Positions 27,810-41,071 of a DNA stretch of 64,000 bases are shown in pieces; positions within the stretch are counted from its first letter, which is position 1; each line of letters opens with the position of its first letter. The stretch is taken from the NCBI GenBank assembly GCA_051362555.1, contig CM120640.1, positions 10,602,001 through 10,666,000 of the forward strand. The letters run 5' to 3'. The DNA comes from Lingula anatina. Its lineage: Eukaryota > Animalia > Brachiopoda. A program made the position numbers and the translations under genes. Under the pieces are notes generated by a model. That model made no database searches. It was given only the letters and a program-made list of their open reading frames with translations, and was not told the origin of the DNA.

Positions 27810-28080
27810 AGGCTCTGATTTACACAAACGCAAAAATGTTTTGTGAAAATTTTGTACTTTCTTCAAAACGGAAGTTCTAAGTCTTTCTTCATCAAGGTTA
27901 AGTCATTGAAAAGCCACTAAAAAGTAGCAACTTTCGGTCAAATTTTTTGCTAATTTTTCAACAGGTCCAACATCCTCATCTAAATGGACTAGCACTTTTT
28001 TCTGGGTCGAAGTACAGTACCTTTCTTGTGTTAAAATTAAGACCCACTTTCAACCCAATTCCATTTGTGAAACGGGGCCC
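27810..28080. mobile_element. Second degenerate MITE (Harbinger-like ends)
   Basis: AGGCTCTGATTTACACAAA versus TTTGTGAAACGGGGCCC, imperfect inverted ends. Confidence 0.4.
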
Positions 28081-28175
28081 TGTTGTTAAAGGAAGCATGT
28101 AACATCGGCTGTAACATACGAAAATACTTAAGTTACGACCTCACTGTGGTCTTGTACACCCAAAAAGTACTATTT

Positions 28176-31100
28176 CTAAACAAAAGTGTATGAAATTGAG
28201 TTGAATCGGGTGTTTTTTATAGAAATGTCAACGTTTGCACATGTTTTGCAACAAAGTCTACGAAACTGTTTGATTTTGCAACTGTAAATTTTTCCAAAGA
28301 ATTTGGCATATGTATCGCAAGTGAAGGCTCCCAACTCATTTTGAAACATCACTTTCGAGTTCCCATACCGACAACCTGAAATGTCATAAATTGAATATTG
28401 TAATAAGTGAAAAATGCCTGTTAATTGTATCTATGATAAAAATAAAATATCCAATTAATTCTATCTATACTTAAAGCCCGTTTTAAAATCAAAATGAATA
28501 ATGAATCTATCCACAGGGTAAGAACAAGTAAGAATTTTTTAACATCTTAAATAAAAAGGGCCGTAAATGTACCTCATCTACTGGCAAATTATCAAGTTTT
28601 TCGACTGCCTTATATTAAATGTTTTGACTTCAAATGACTTGTGTATAAATCAACCGTCTTGAACCGTACCGGGAATGTTCACTTCGTACTTAGAGCAGGT
28701 TTTACAACAAATGTTTCTGTTGTAAACGGTGTAGCATAGGTTGCTGTTTTGGTCGATAGGAGCACACGTCCCGGCACGGTCTCCGTATAAACAGTCTGAA
28801 AACGGGAAAAACAATTTGGACTTAAAACCCTTGAAAACTATGCCTGAATATGAGACGAAGTCGCTGTACAATTGACCTTTTTGGTTAGTACAGGCCATTC
28901 ATACGTTTATTTTTCAGTTTTTTTTTCTTTATCTTAAAGAGAAGTTAAACAATGCTTCGGTTCTAGTAAGAGAGCCTGTTCCGAAATTCAGTAAAATCAC
29001 ATTGTTAGAGTCAAGCGCAAGCTATATCTTTATTGGTGTTTCAAGATAAAGAAAAAACATGTCGTATTTGCAAATATCAATGTCTGTATCTCTACCTTTT
29101 CCTGCTCCGAGTCGTCGCTTGTAATCATTGCAAGTTGCGCAGCAATAATGGCGATAGATAGCTCTGTAGCATTGTCGGTTTGAGATTTTACGACAGAGAG
29201 GCGAACGATCACCGTATTCGCAACCTATAAAAAAAAAAAAAAAGAAAATAAACACCCCACCTCTTCAGTGAAATTAATTGCTCCAGTTCTTATTGCACCA
29301 CATTATAACAATCCTCGTGTAAGACCAACTTAAATCGTTGACCCCACGTAAAAAATAAGCCTCATTTAACACCAGGTCAAACAGGCTTCCTTTTAAGTTT
29401 TCAGGGATCGCAAGTGATTTAGTGTGATTTAGTCTTTAGTAAAATCAAGACAAGGTTGCTATAGGTATCCACTGATTTGGAAGCATTTTAAATATGCAGG
29501 TTGGATTTCTGAGCTAAAAGACAAAACGATCACACACTTATGACATCTAGGTTCCATCATAACTAGAATGGAGACCACCAGCAGGTATCAAATTTCCCCA
29601 TAAGTAGCACGGGGATCAAGTGAAAAGGGTTCTTCGGTAATTTTCAGTCAAAATGGAGAAATTAACATGCGATAAATGGCTTAGTAATAGAATGTCTTTT
29701 TGATTTTAGCCTTACCCGGAACAGTCTTGGGTGTCATAAGCCTTTGACAAGCTTGACAACACTTCTTGCGATTTAGCCTATGATAACACATGCCAGTTGT
29801 AATGGACTGACAGGCCTCGGTGTTGTCTCGACACTTAGCTTCAGGCGGATCTGGATGGGCTGGACTTTTTTCAACTGCATTGTTCTTACCATGGAATGCT
29901 GAAGTGAATGCATAGTTATCTATGTCGAACAATGAATTGATGAAAATTTTAGAATGAATAAACGTAATGAGAAAAACTCGGCTTAAAAAACAGTACATTT
30001 CTTCTCGAGATTATCAATATAAAAGAATTTTGCTTACGAAAGGATCATCTCAAAAAGTAGCACAATATTAGGATATAACATTATGAAAAGAGTGGAACTA
30101 GGTGTGAGTAACACTTTCGTAAATGAACTAGAACTGTTAATTCTAGGCCACAAAGGGCACTATTAAGAAAAAAAATGAAACAGAAGATCAACCAAAATCG
30201 GTTTGATTTTTTTTTTCAGATGAATGTCAACAATTTAGCCATATACAGACGAATTATTTCAGAAACCTTAAATGTAAAGTTGGTGATACAAGACTGCAGT
30301 TCCCATCCCGGCTACCTCTATCCCTTAACCCTTTAGTGTTAAGCTTGCATGGATATAACTAAGCAAGGCTTTGAAGACAAAATATCTATCCTTTCTTAAT
30401 TCTATTAACCAAAGCGGTGGTGACGCACAAATACATGTATGGGAGCTGTTTGGAGTGCTGTCACTGGCTTAACCTACACTAATTTGATTAAAAAATGGAA
30501 AGACGCAGCCTCATACGTGGATTTAGTCTGATCGACGCATTACAATTGGTATATTTCATTTTGAGACCTTCGGGGTTTGTAAGTTCCATTACCCGTCCTT
30601 AAAAAAAACAAGCCGGATGTGATGCAAACAGTCTGCCGAAAAACTGGTCAAAATACAGTACCTATTCCTCTCCACCACCCCCACCACCACCACCCTCTTT
30701 GAAAGAGTACGACTTATACCGGAGATTGACATATGTCTCATCGATTTTGTTCTTTTTGTTTTAAATGTTTATAGTATTTTCGTTAATGGTTTGCAACTGA
30801 TTTAAAGACATGAGTTTTAAGTGTTTTTAGATCCATTTACAAATTAAGGAGACATTCTTAAGATTTCGTCATAGAAAAAGTCCCAAATTTTTGAGCAGAA
30901 GAGACAATTGAAGCAATTCTTTGTCATTTTCTGTTTTAAAATAAGAACGAGGCGGTGGTTTGGGCCGGTACTAAAAGACTTTTATTTGCAACTACACTGC
31001 AAACTTTTAAGATGGTATATATCTGATTCTCTATACACAACTTTTAAAAAGAAGTCCTTTGTCTTATGGCCCATTTTCCTGCTTTTCCTAAGACTGAATT

Positions 31101-32467
31101 TTTCCCCTCAACATTATAACTGCTAAAATGTATTTAGAAACACTCCGCCTTTATTGCTTTTGGCAATTTTCAAAACTACGACGCATGTGGTAGTCTGGCA
31201 ATAATCAGCATTCCGTGGATCCATTGTTGTATAAGGGGGTTATGGGACTGGAGTGAGAGAGTAAGACAGAGATAGAGATGGATAGCTCTATGTAGTCTGT
31301 AGTTTTGCGGAGTAAGTATTTGATATGGAAGTAAGCCTACAGACACGGCCAACTGTATTAGGCCGTTCGACATTATCGTCCCTTTAACCACCGCACAACT
31401 TAGAGAAATTATTTTCAAATAATATTTTCTTGAAGCACATTAATCTGGAAAATATATACCTGAGGCTTAAGTGTACAGTTCTTATTTTGACAGCAACTCA
31501 AGCGCATTGCTTTTTAAAACCACATTAAGTTAAATGATTGGTGTATATACAGGTACTAACAAGCTATTAGTATTTCCGTAGGTGGATTTAACAAATAATT
31601 TAGAAAGTGCATGAGTTAACGCCAATTTCAATCACAGATCCTTCTTTTTCTATATAATGAGAATGCACATCAGCAAAAGCATAAGCAAATCTCATCAAGT
31701 TGGTCGTCATATCGTACAGATTCCTTTTCCATTTACGTACCTACAGTTGTCGTTCTTGCTTCAATGCATTATAACGTTATAAGTCAACCTTTCTTGCACT
31801 CAGGGGCAAAAAGAGTTGGTATAAGAAAAAAATACATTTGAGTGTTTCTCCTTTCAGGCCTGAGAACCATTACAGTCATTTTGAACCCCACTTTTGGTGT
31901 AATCTATGATCCAGTTTGTTTAATGTGTCTAAGGATAAACGATCGCGCGATCTGTTATTTTATTTCTGAGGACGAAGAAACGTAGTGATGGGATTTTGAG
32001 CTCATTACCGACATTTGCTGATAGAATGTGAAAGATAAATTACTCTCAAAACTGAATTCCCTTAATCAGCAAAAGCCAATTAATGTTAAAGTTCACTCTT
32101 TTCTCCAGAATAAGAGGCGTTCCATGTTGCATTCCGGACGATTAGAACATAAATCACTTGTTCCCTTTATAAAAAACTTTAAGTTGTTCAGCTGATCGAA
32201 TTTGCATCAGTATCTGGTTACCAAATTATACTTAATACGACAATAGTCATTCTTTTTTTTTTACCGATCTACCTATTATATTAAAATATTTATTTGAACA
32301 AAAAATTACAATGAATTAAATCAGTTAGGTGCAGGTTTTTAATGATTTTTCCGCACAATATAGGTAATAAAAGACTATGACAATGTAAAAAAAGACACAT
32401 ATGTACCTTGAATGTTCTGGAGGCTAAAGCTCAGCAGTATAAGCAAATATCCCATGAGGTATCCCAT
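28176..32467 (-). CDS. Secreted protein with four PLAC-like 6-Cys modules (C.YGD..C..C..CC..C), 232 aa; exons 32467-32407, 29898-29716, 29224-29096, 28795-28670, 28375-28176
   Basis: Signal peptide MGYLMGYLLILLSFSLQNIQA. Modules CRDNTEAC..CCQAC, CEYGDRSPLC..CCATC, CLYGDRAGTC..CCKTC and CRYGNS..CCKTC each sit on their own exon, separated by phase-1 introns. Confidence 0.82.
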
Positions 32468-34213
32468 CGTCCTAAGGGGTGGCAGAGGAGAAACGTTAGA
32501 CTACCAGATTTTACACATTGCTCAGCGTCGTTGACAAAAGGCCCACCTCGATACAGCAACTATTTCTTTTTAATTCAACGTTCATAAACACTCCAAGTTT
32601 GACTGGTAAAGAAGACGTCCAGCAGAGAGCGGATTATCACATTAACACTCTAGCCACTCGTATGCATGCAGCGGCTGTTTGCACAGAAAGCAAACGCCAC
32701 TGGAAAGTGTCAGATGAACGTATCTAGGCTTTTTTCTGTTGTTCGTTACCCTTAAAATATTACATAAATTAACTAGGTAACAACATTTCTTTCTCCGCGT
32801 GGAGCTTCGCAAATATTTTGATGCCTGCTGATAGACAAGAAAGCGCTGTGATTCAAGTTAGTTAACACAACTTTGAGACCTTAGTTTGGTATACTCATTG
32901 ACCGCAAATTTACGGTTGTGCTGTTGAATATAGTTCACAACTAATTTTGAGAATTGGGCAAAAATTGTTATTCAGATAAGTAGGCCTAATTTTAATAGAT
33001 AAATTCTTACCTGTTGCAGAATACAGCTATCTTTGAACATGCATCTCGGCAGTTTTTTTGCGTATGCTCCAATGTTTTCATACGGATAGAGGATAAAGCT
33101 GAGGTTACGACCGTATGAGGACCGTATGTAGATGGTGGATTCATGACATTTTGCATATATCCATGTGTTGACAGCAACTTGCCTAATTTGTCAATAATGT
33201 TCAAGTGGCGTTTTATACTTTAATACAGAGTTAATGTACCTACTACATGTACATGTATTCAACTGTATGTATTTCATTGTTTTTGAATGAAATTATGAAA
33301 TGATCAACAAATAAACTTCTTTCCCCTTATTCAGTACACAGTCTTCCATTCTGCTTTGGCACTGCCGTCTCACCTAACACAATTTTGATGGTGCGTTTAC
33401 CGCGATTCCTCTTATTCAACCTGCCATAAAATCACAACAACACTATTTATCTTATATAACATGTGTCCTTTTCTTTTGCATTTAATTTTTACATCACGCA
33501 TATCAAGTTTTAGCACAAAAAAGATAAATAACATAAAATAAAAAAAAAAGATAATTAAAAATAAATACACAAAAAAGAAAAATCACGTTTTACATGAACT
33601 ATCTTTGATCATCACTGATATCAAATATCTGAAATATCTTTGTTATATGAAAACTGGCTGTATCAATTTCTTTATTTCGATTTGATAACAGGCTTCAACT
33701 GTGCACACAGACAAATTGGAGTTTCTGTGTTTTGTGGTCTTCGAATTGTGCAATTTTTACCCAATTTTCAGTCTAAAACTGCGTGCTCACGAGACTTGTA
33801 TCTTTTTTTCTACGAATGTGCGATTGCGTTCAGCATCATAGATGGTCAACAAAAACAAAGTTCATTCTTTTAAAAAACTGGCACACACAGTATAGACAGG
33901 ACATTTTAATGTTAATTAAAATGACTAACTAACAGAAATAACACTTAATGTAAGTCATCTTTATATGTTCCAAGTCACCCTCTGATATTCCAGTCATGGC
34001 ATTTTTCTCTATAGTACAAACTCCAACAATTGCATTGATCTTTGTGGATGAAATTTACTAAAGATGGTCCTTCAGTTTGCTTATTTTACGATATTCTTAC
34101 TGCCATCTCACAACGCAATTTATTACATTGGAATTGGTCGCACTGGACGTCGACGTCCTTGCGTAAACCAGTTCAGATTGCCTCAGGTATATTTATGATG
34201 CCGAGTTATACAG

Positions 34214-35338
34214 TCAGGTCTTCTTTGCAATGGTTTGTGCCTTTTCGGCGGCTCTTGCCTTCCATCGCTTCACCATTTCTGCTTGCTTTTGTGTTAACTG
34301 CAGCCTATAAAGGAAAAGCAAAACAATGCACTCCACGAATGGTTTGTGGATATCTTTTAGTTGCAACCGTTAAAGGTCCAAATGTTGTTATCTGAAAAAG
34401 AAACCACGTGTGCGTGCTATGCATATAAAGAGTGATGTCCTGAAATAAATGAATGAAAAGTCTCACATCTACAAGGCTTTCTTCACATTCGTTTGTGTTG
34501 CAGATAACATCCGAGTCTTTTCCAATTCAGATGATTTAGCCAGCAGAATAAACAACAATATATTGACTTGTGCATTATTCTGTGACCCCCAGTTGGACAG
34601 GATTTCTCATCAATTTTGAAAAGTACACTTCACGGGTTGTATTATTCTCAACGGAGATTACTTTCACAAGGCATAAATATTGGCTACACCTACTTTGTTA
34701 TTCACAATTCAAGTATTCATCGCTTGCTTTTTATGAATAATTTAAAAAGGCACCAATCGATAATTCATTTGACATGAGAGTCGTTTTCGTCTATTAGCCT
34801 TATGTGGCTCACAGAATAAACAAGATATAATCGGACACCAATGATTTCAGGATATATTTCCACCTACGGGTCAATTCTCTTGTTTATGAAACCATTTATA
34901 AGTGTAAATAACATTAATGTAAGAAGAAAACTTTGGACATACATTATTAATGATGATATACGTTTTGCTTTTTGTTATCGTTTTGTTTACTATTAGAATA
35001 AAAACCAAGGACACCGTGCCTTCGCACATACGCCACGACCACATCTCGTTTAGCACAGGTTCGAATCTCATAGAGCACAGCATAATGCAAAGAAAAACAC
35101 TACATTCAGTAAATCAACTGGGTCTAACAAAACCTCATCCTTACTTTCTTTGGCGTGCCTCCTGCCATCGTTTCTGAATATCCTGGATTCTGTCCCAAAT
35201 GTCTTGTTCCCTCTGCATCTCCTCTTCCTCGTCATCAGAATTGAGAAGTCTTTCATTTTCTATGGCTTCAATATCAGGTGTCTCTCCTTCGGTGACTATC
35301 TTTGCATCTTCTTCTATTTCTGGCGAATCTCGGTCCAT
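34214..35338 (-). CDS. Small (~94 aa) acidic N-terminal / basic coiled-coil protein of unknown function; exons 35338-35145 and 34304-34214 (may extend 5' via an acceptor at 35346 and an exon at 35753-35683)
   Basis: The phase-2 donor (aa|GTAAGG) joins a strong acceptor (ttttcctttatAG|g), giving MDRDSPEIEEDAK..EEEEMQREQDIWDRIQDIQKRWQEARQRKLQLTQKQAEMVKRWKARAAEKAQTIAKKT*. Confidence 0.55.
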
Positions 35339-37083
35339 TGCAGAGCCTTTGAAGAAATACGTGACGTGCCATATTTTACAATATGTGTATGATATTTCTG
35401 ATATGATGTAATCAAGATGTAAAACTCTCTGGGAGGCTTTTTCTAAACAAATTTAATTTCTAACCCACAATATTATGCAAGTTACACCTACAGAGCTCCT
35501 TCAGATAAATTTAGATAGGCCTACTTCTAGCTGTAGCGATGCAATATTTAAATATCTGGTGAATAAAAGAGCAGGTAACTTATAGATAGAGTTTAAAGAC
35601 TTGTTCCCAATAGAGCCAATACCTAATAGATCCTTTTTTCACGAAGGATATCAGCCAAACCCTGAGGTACTGCCAAGCTCACCAGTTTCAGCTTTAACGT
35701 CCAAGTTCTCTCTGAAACTGCTCGATTTCTTTCCTAGCTGTCTTGCCTGGTGCCTACATGTATAACACCTTACTGTGCCTATTTAACCAGCATCAGACAC
35801 ACCTGTCATGGTCACAACCAGCTCAACTTAATGTACTGGTCGTGGTACACAGGTATCAAGTTTGCAAGGGCCGTGTGAGCGGCGCATTGTGTTCAGCAAG
35901 AAAAAATAATGGAGAATAATACCCTGGGTTGATGCTTGAATTGACACAGTGTTGTATCGCTTTGCTTTTGTATAGCTTGTTTATGCCTTTATGGGCTTAC
36001 GTTAATGTACATGTAGCTATGTGCTTTGTCTGGATGGAAACAAATGATTTGTAGTCTGCGAAATGTTATTATGTATTTTTGATAAGCCAGAGGGAAGTTT
36101 TTCCTTTATTAAGAGCTATTCAATAGTCAAAAAGTAAAAGAATTTCCGACAAACATATGTTAACTTAATTCGTTGTCTTAAATCAATGGTAAAAAACATA
36201 ACATTTTTCTCGGATTGAACTAGTCACGTAACATACTCGCAAATACGCTCAGCTGGTCAGATACCGCTAGCCCCCTTCTTCGTTTACTGAGAATGGTGAA
36301 CCATGCAGCACTATCTTAAAGTTACAAAATTAAAAAAAAAAAAAAGATACCTACAACAAAGGACAATGACAAAAGCATATGTACAACGACAAATGCATAT
36401 GTACAATGACAAAAGAAATAAAGAAAAACACTCTTATAAACACTTTTGTATCCGAGTTTTCAAAGAGTCGGATACCAGGACATTAGAGCTTGAACGTTTA
36501 AAAAAGAGTGCACGCGTGCACATTGACCAGCAAACAAACACTTATCAGTTGTTTAACGATTATTCTAGCAAAACCACTTCAGCCTAAAAACGTGTTTTCA
36601 ATTCGACTTTGAAAGAAAAAGTGTGCGTCAAGTTAATTTTACATTTACAAACAGCACGGACGTAAGTAGGAAGCGACAAGGTCAGATTATACGCCTGCAA
36701 AACTTAGGAGCAGCGTATGGAAAGTAGCTTTGTGGATGAGTTAACGTAAAATAAAGGGGGATAAGGTTTGGGAAGTCGGGGTAGCTGAAAGATAACTCCA
36801 TTGTTGACAAATACATCTATATTTTCTGTCAATGTCTATAATTTCTGAGAACAAAAATTACTTCAATATTTGAATATTCACCAGAGAAACAACCAGTTGT
36901 GTTTTTAAGTGCTAATTGCTCCATGACTATTTTCCCTTGAAGTGAAAATGAAAAACTGTTCCATCGTCCTACATTGCAAAAGGACTTTGCTTTGAAATAA
37001 ACAAATTTCAGTCTAGTTCCACAAAAGCACTTGGTTGCAAATAGACGCGTGAGAAGAAAAGAGAGAACAAAAAACTGAGCACA

Positions 37084-39891
37084 ATGCTGCTGCTTACTAT
37101 CTTACTCCTGTTTGTACACCTCGTCTTGTCGATGGAGCAGTCAAGACCTATAGTTTACGTAAGTACACTTTCTCCTCCATTTGAAATCAACTATTAATTT
37201 GTTTTTAGTACACAAATTAACAAAATACGTCATAGAAAAAACATCTAGGAGATCTAGGATTGTTGGCAATCTGACAATTAACACGTTTAAACTATTTTCA
37301 ATAATGACTTGGTCTTTTTCTCGGGACAGGGTGTCTTATTTAACTTAGAATTTATTTCACTTTATTTATTTCAGCCAAAAAGATAATTGACGTATTATTG
37401 CATGTAGCATTTGAAATAAAGGGTACATTGTAGCAATCAAAGTACAAATAATAATAATAAATAAATAAATTATTGATAAAAAATATTGACATGTTAATCA
37501 TATCATTATGCCTAATCAGCATGTTATTTTCTTTCTTTCTTTTTCATCAACGAAAGATGCGCAAAGTTATCGCAGGAAACGTACATCTAATCGTATAAAA
37601 CGTTATTCTAAAACCTCAAACCCGATTTTCAACTGGTTAGCAACATCTGTATAGATTGCATTCTGAGTGCACGTAATACTGGCTTTTTTATTACACACAA
37701 AATAAGAAATAGGTCTTGGGCGTCATGTTCAATTTTAACTGTAAAATTAAATTTTTCCATCAGATAAATTTGTAGGCGGTATTTAAAGGCAGTTTGTTTC
37801 AAATCTTTTTTTCAATCTAAATGTTCTAATTTTCAGCTATCAAGTTCTTATAACTGTCTTATCTGATTTTAAACAGGAACGACGCACCGTGTCGTCCGGG
37901 GGTACAGATACTAGTTGGGAACCCGTCTACACGGGCGGAGAGCGGGTATACACCAGTCGCACCTCATCAAGTACTAGTGGGGCTCAACCAGTCTACAGGG
38001 GAGGAGACGGCCAAGTCTACACAAGGCGCACGATACAAACTTTGCCCGGAAGCGTGCGAGTCTACCCTGGCGAACGAGTGTATACGCGGCGTACGGTTCA
38101 AACTGTTCCAGTAGGATCGCAGCCGGTGTATACCACTGGCGAGAGAGTCTACACTGGCGGAACCAGAACCGTGTACCAGCCGTACTATACGGCCTCCGGA
38201 ACAAGCAGCGGGAGTAGTAGTAGTGGGAGCAGTGGCGTCTGTCCCGACACTGGTGTAAGACAGTACATCAATGGTTTATCTTGCCGTGAAGCAATTTCCA
38301 GAGACAAGTGGCTGTGCTACGACTATGCCACCAGGAGCAAGGAGTGCTGCGAAGCCTGCTTGAGCTATAAGATCTCCGATGATCCGTGTAAGTCGTAGTT
38401 TGAAAGCAATGCTCAAAATTCGCGGTTCGGAACTCATGTTTTCTCAGGGGCAAATCAAGAGGAAATAACTTTAATTGCAATTTGCAGGCGTTTTAAATGA
38501 CAACTTATGAAAGCTCGATCACGCTCGGCTGTCACCACCCGGTTGACGAATCTAAAAACAAAATAAAACAGCTTTATAATAGTGCTTTCTTAGTCTAAAA
38601 TAATAATGCAGTTTATAAGCCCACCATAATGAAAAAAATTTATTTTTTTTTACTGTAACATGCATGAAGCGATCTCGTGAGTACCTACAACGTCAATTTT
38701 TGCTAGTGTAGATGCACGAGAAGTCACTTTTATCTGAAATTATTTCAGCATGTATGTACGGAGATCGTTCTGGAGATTGTGTTCGAAGCCTTCGGCCTTC
38801 CCAGTGCTACGACCCATTTAACTCCAAACTATGTTGTCAGACCTGCCCACAGTTGAAATATAGAAATGCTGAACCAGGTGCGTAAAAATTTTTGACATTT
38901 AAACAACCAGGGACAAAATATAAAGTTTTTGTTGTTTTAACATTGTGCGTCCCCATTTGAATGTTGAAAAAATGTCTTTGCAATCAAGGTTGCGAGTATG
39001 GGGACAAGGACCCAGCACGATGCCCCGTAATCCAAGCCAGCAGCTGCTATTCCCCTAACACTGCCAGCATCTGCTGCAATACTTGTGCCAGATTCAAGCA
39101 GCAGTACAACCAGCCAGGTAGGTTCTTAGCTTTAAAAAAAAACGTTAAAATTGAAAACAGAATAATTTTGCATCTCTGCTTCCTAGAAAGTAAAATCTCA
39201 CATCTTTTGGTCCTGACAGGCTACTGAAATGACAGTCTTTGGAAATGAAATAGCAAATGTAAGCTGTCATCCTAAATACACTGCATTTAAACTTAAATTG
39301 CAGGCCTTGTTCAGGTACAATAATAAAGATAATCCGGATTTAACAATTCATAAAAAATGTGGAAATAAATCATAAGAAAAAAGTACTGTACTATACAATG
39401 GTATAGAATTAAAATGCCTTTTTTTAAAATAAAGGTTGTGAGTATGGAGACAAGGACCCCGTACAGTGCCCTATTATTCAAGCCAGCAACTGCTATTCCC
39501 CTAACACTGCCAACATCTGCTGCAAAACCTGTGCTAGACTCAAGCAGCAGTACAACCAGCCAGGTAAACAGTTGTCAGAGCCATTGTGTGATGAACTCTT
39601 TGATGATATATCTAACAGAAAGTTGAATTTTTATCGCTTTTAACAGAACTGTTTTATGTTTAACAATAGTGGTCAACTTCTGTTTAAAAAAAATTCCTTG
39701 TCTGCAAAGAACACTAACAGCCAGTCCAATTCATTTTAGGATGCGAGTATGGGGATAAGCCAGCCCAGTTCTATGCCCCTGGGTATGGATACCCCCTGGA
39801 CTGCCGTGGATACATCAGTGTCTTTGGTGTTGATCGCTGTAAAGAGAATCGCACCAGAAATGTCTGCTGTTTCACTTGTGCCGGCCATTAG
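37084..39891 (+). CDS. Secreted protein with a VY(T)-repeat region, a Ser/Gly spacer and five PLAC-like 6-Cys modules, 374 aa; exons 37084-37158, 37877-38387, 38749-38877, 38989-39117, 39435-39563, 39740-39891
   Basis: Signal peptide MLLLTILLLFVHLVLS and repeats such as PVYTGGERVYT. Three consecutive 129-nt phase 1-1 exons encode C(M/E)YGD..C..CY..CC.TC. All junctions are in frame. Confidence 0.85.
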
Positions 39892-40926
39892 AAATGTGAA
39901 TTGGCAAATAACTCCCTTATTATAGAACAATCATGTAACACATCAACATTATAGATTTTGGTCAGAATGATTTCAAGTGCCTATTGAGCTCAAGTGTCCA
40001 TTTAACATAATGTGACCATTTCAGTGATACCAACTGTTGCTGTAAAATCCAATGCAAATGAACTGCAATTTGATAGAGTATGTTCACCAGCAGATTCAGA
40101 ACTTAAAAATGGGGAGGGAGGGGGCAAAATATAGAAGCACCATTTTGGTTTTTGAAAGTGTCCAAAGTCTGCATGTCTGTGTTATGGCTCCCTTTTTGAA
40201 AACCCCCTCTGATCAACTTTTGAGCAACAATGTTTTTGACATTTTAAGTTGATTTTCATATATGCACATATGTTATACCATTATGAATAAAGTGACAGGC
40301 TGCAATTCTCCTCTTCCATCCTTGTATATCTAATTTGTAGTTACGTAATGGTTTATAATCACACAACAAGAATGCATTTCTTGTTATCTCAAACCAGGTC
40401 TGTTACTCAAAATAAATTTTCGTATCAATCTGCCATTGTGTGTGACATTTGCTTTTTAATAAGAATAGCCCAATTTTTCACAAAGAGAAGTTCATATCAA
40501 TACTTTCCTATGCATTTCATTTCCAGCATTTATATTCAGCATAAAGCACCAATCTTGCCAATTTAGCCAAATGCTAAATCCAACTTGAATTGGGTTAACA
40601 AAATAGGATTGATTCGACTAGCTTTAGTAAAAAAAAAAAAAAAATGCTAGCACTAACCCAGCATACATCATCAGTCAGTTTCACATACATGATATAATCA
40701 CAATGATTTAACAAAAAAGGCATTTCAAATACTATCAATAGTACAAACAAATACAACATAGGCATATGCACCATGCCCAAAACATTGACTTGCACTGTTC
40801 TTCATTCTGTTCACCAATTTAATGAGTTAAACCATGAAAGAATCTTTAGGGAGATTGTTTCCTATATATATGGGTACAAAAATGCTATGCCAACTTGTCA
40901 TTGATTAATGTGAAGCCTAAATTATA

Positions 40927-41008
40927 TCATGAAAGGAATCACAAATATCATGTACAGCTCCACACTGTCATGAAAGGAATCACAAATATCATGTACAGCT
41001 CCACACTG
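40927..41008. repeat. Perfect 41-bp tandem duplication in the presumed 3' UTR of the Spo12-like gene
   Basis: TCATGAAAGGAATCACAAATATCATGTACAGCTCCACACTG occurs twice in tandem. Confidence 0.9.
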
Positions 41009-41071
41009 TGCAATGTCTTTTTTAAAAAACCACAACACAATGAGATCAAAAACAGGGGACTTGACTGAACA

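Noticed and set aside
33007-33204. 65-aa minus-strand ORF ending at a good donor site
   Set aside because: No recognisable domain and no in-frame partner exon; at most an untranslated exon of the gene starting at 32467.
36218-36310. Minus-strand KRRRGLAVSDQLSVFASML resembling an ELH/CRF-type peptide start, with a downstream QLGKK
   Set aside because: I found no signal-peptide exon, the splice path is ambiguous, and the similarity is short enough to be chance.
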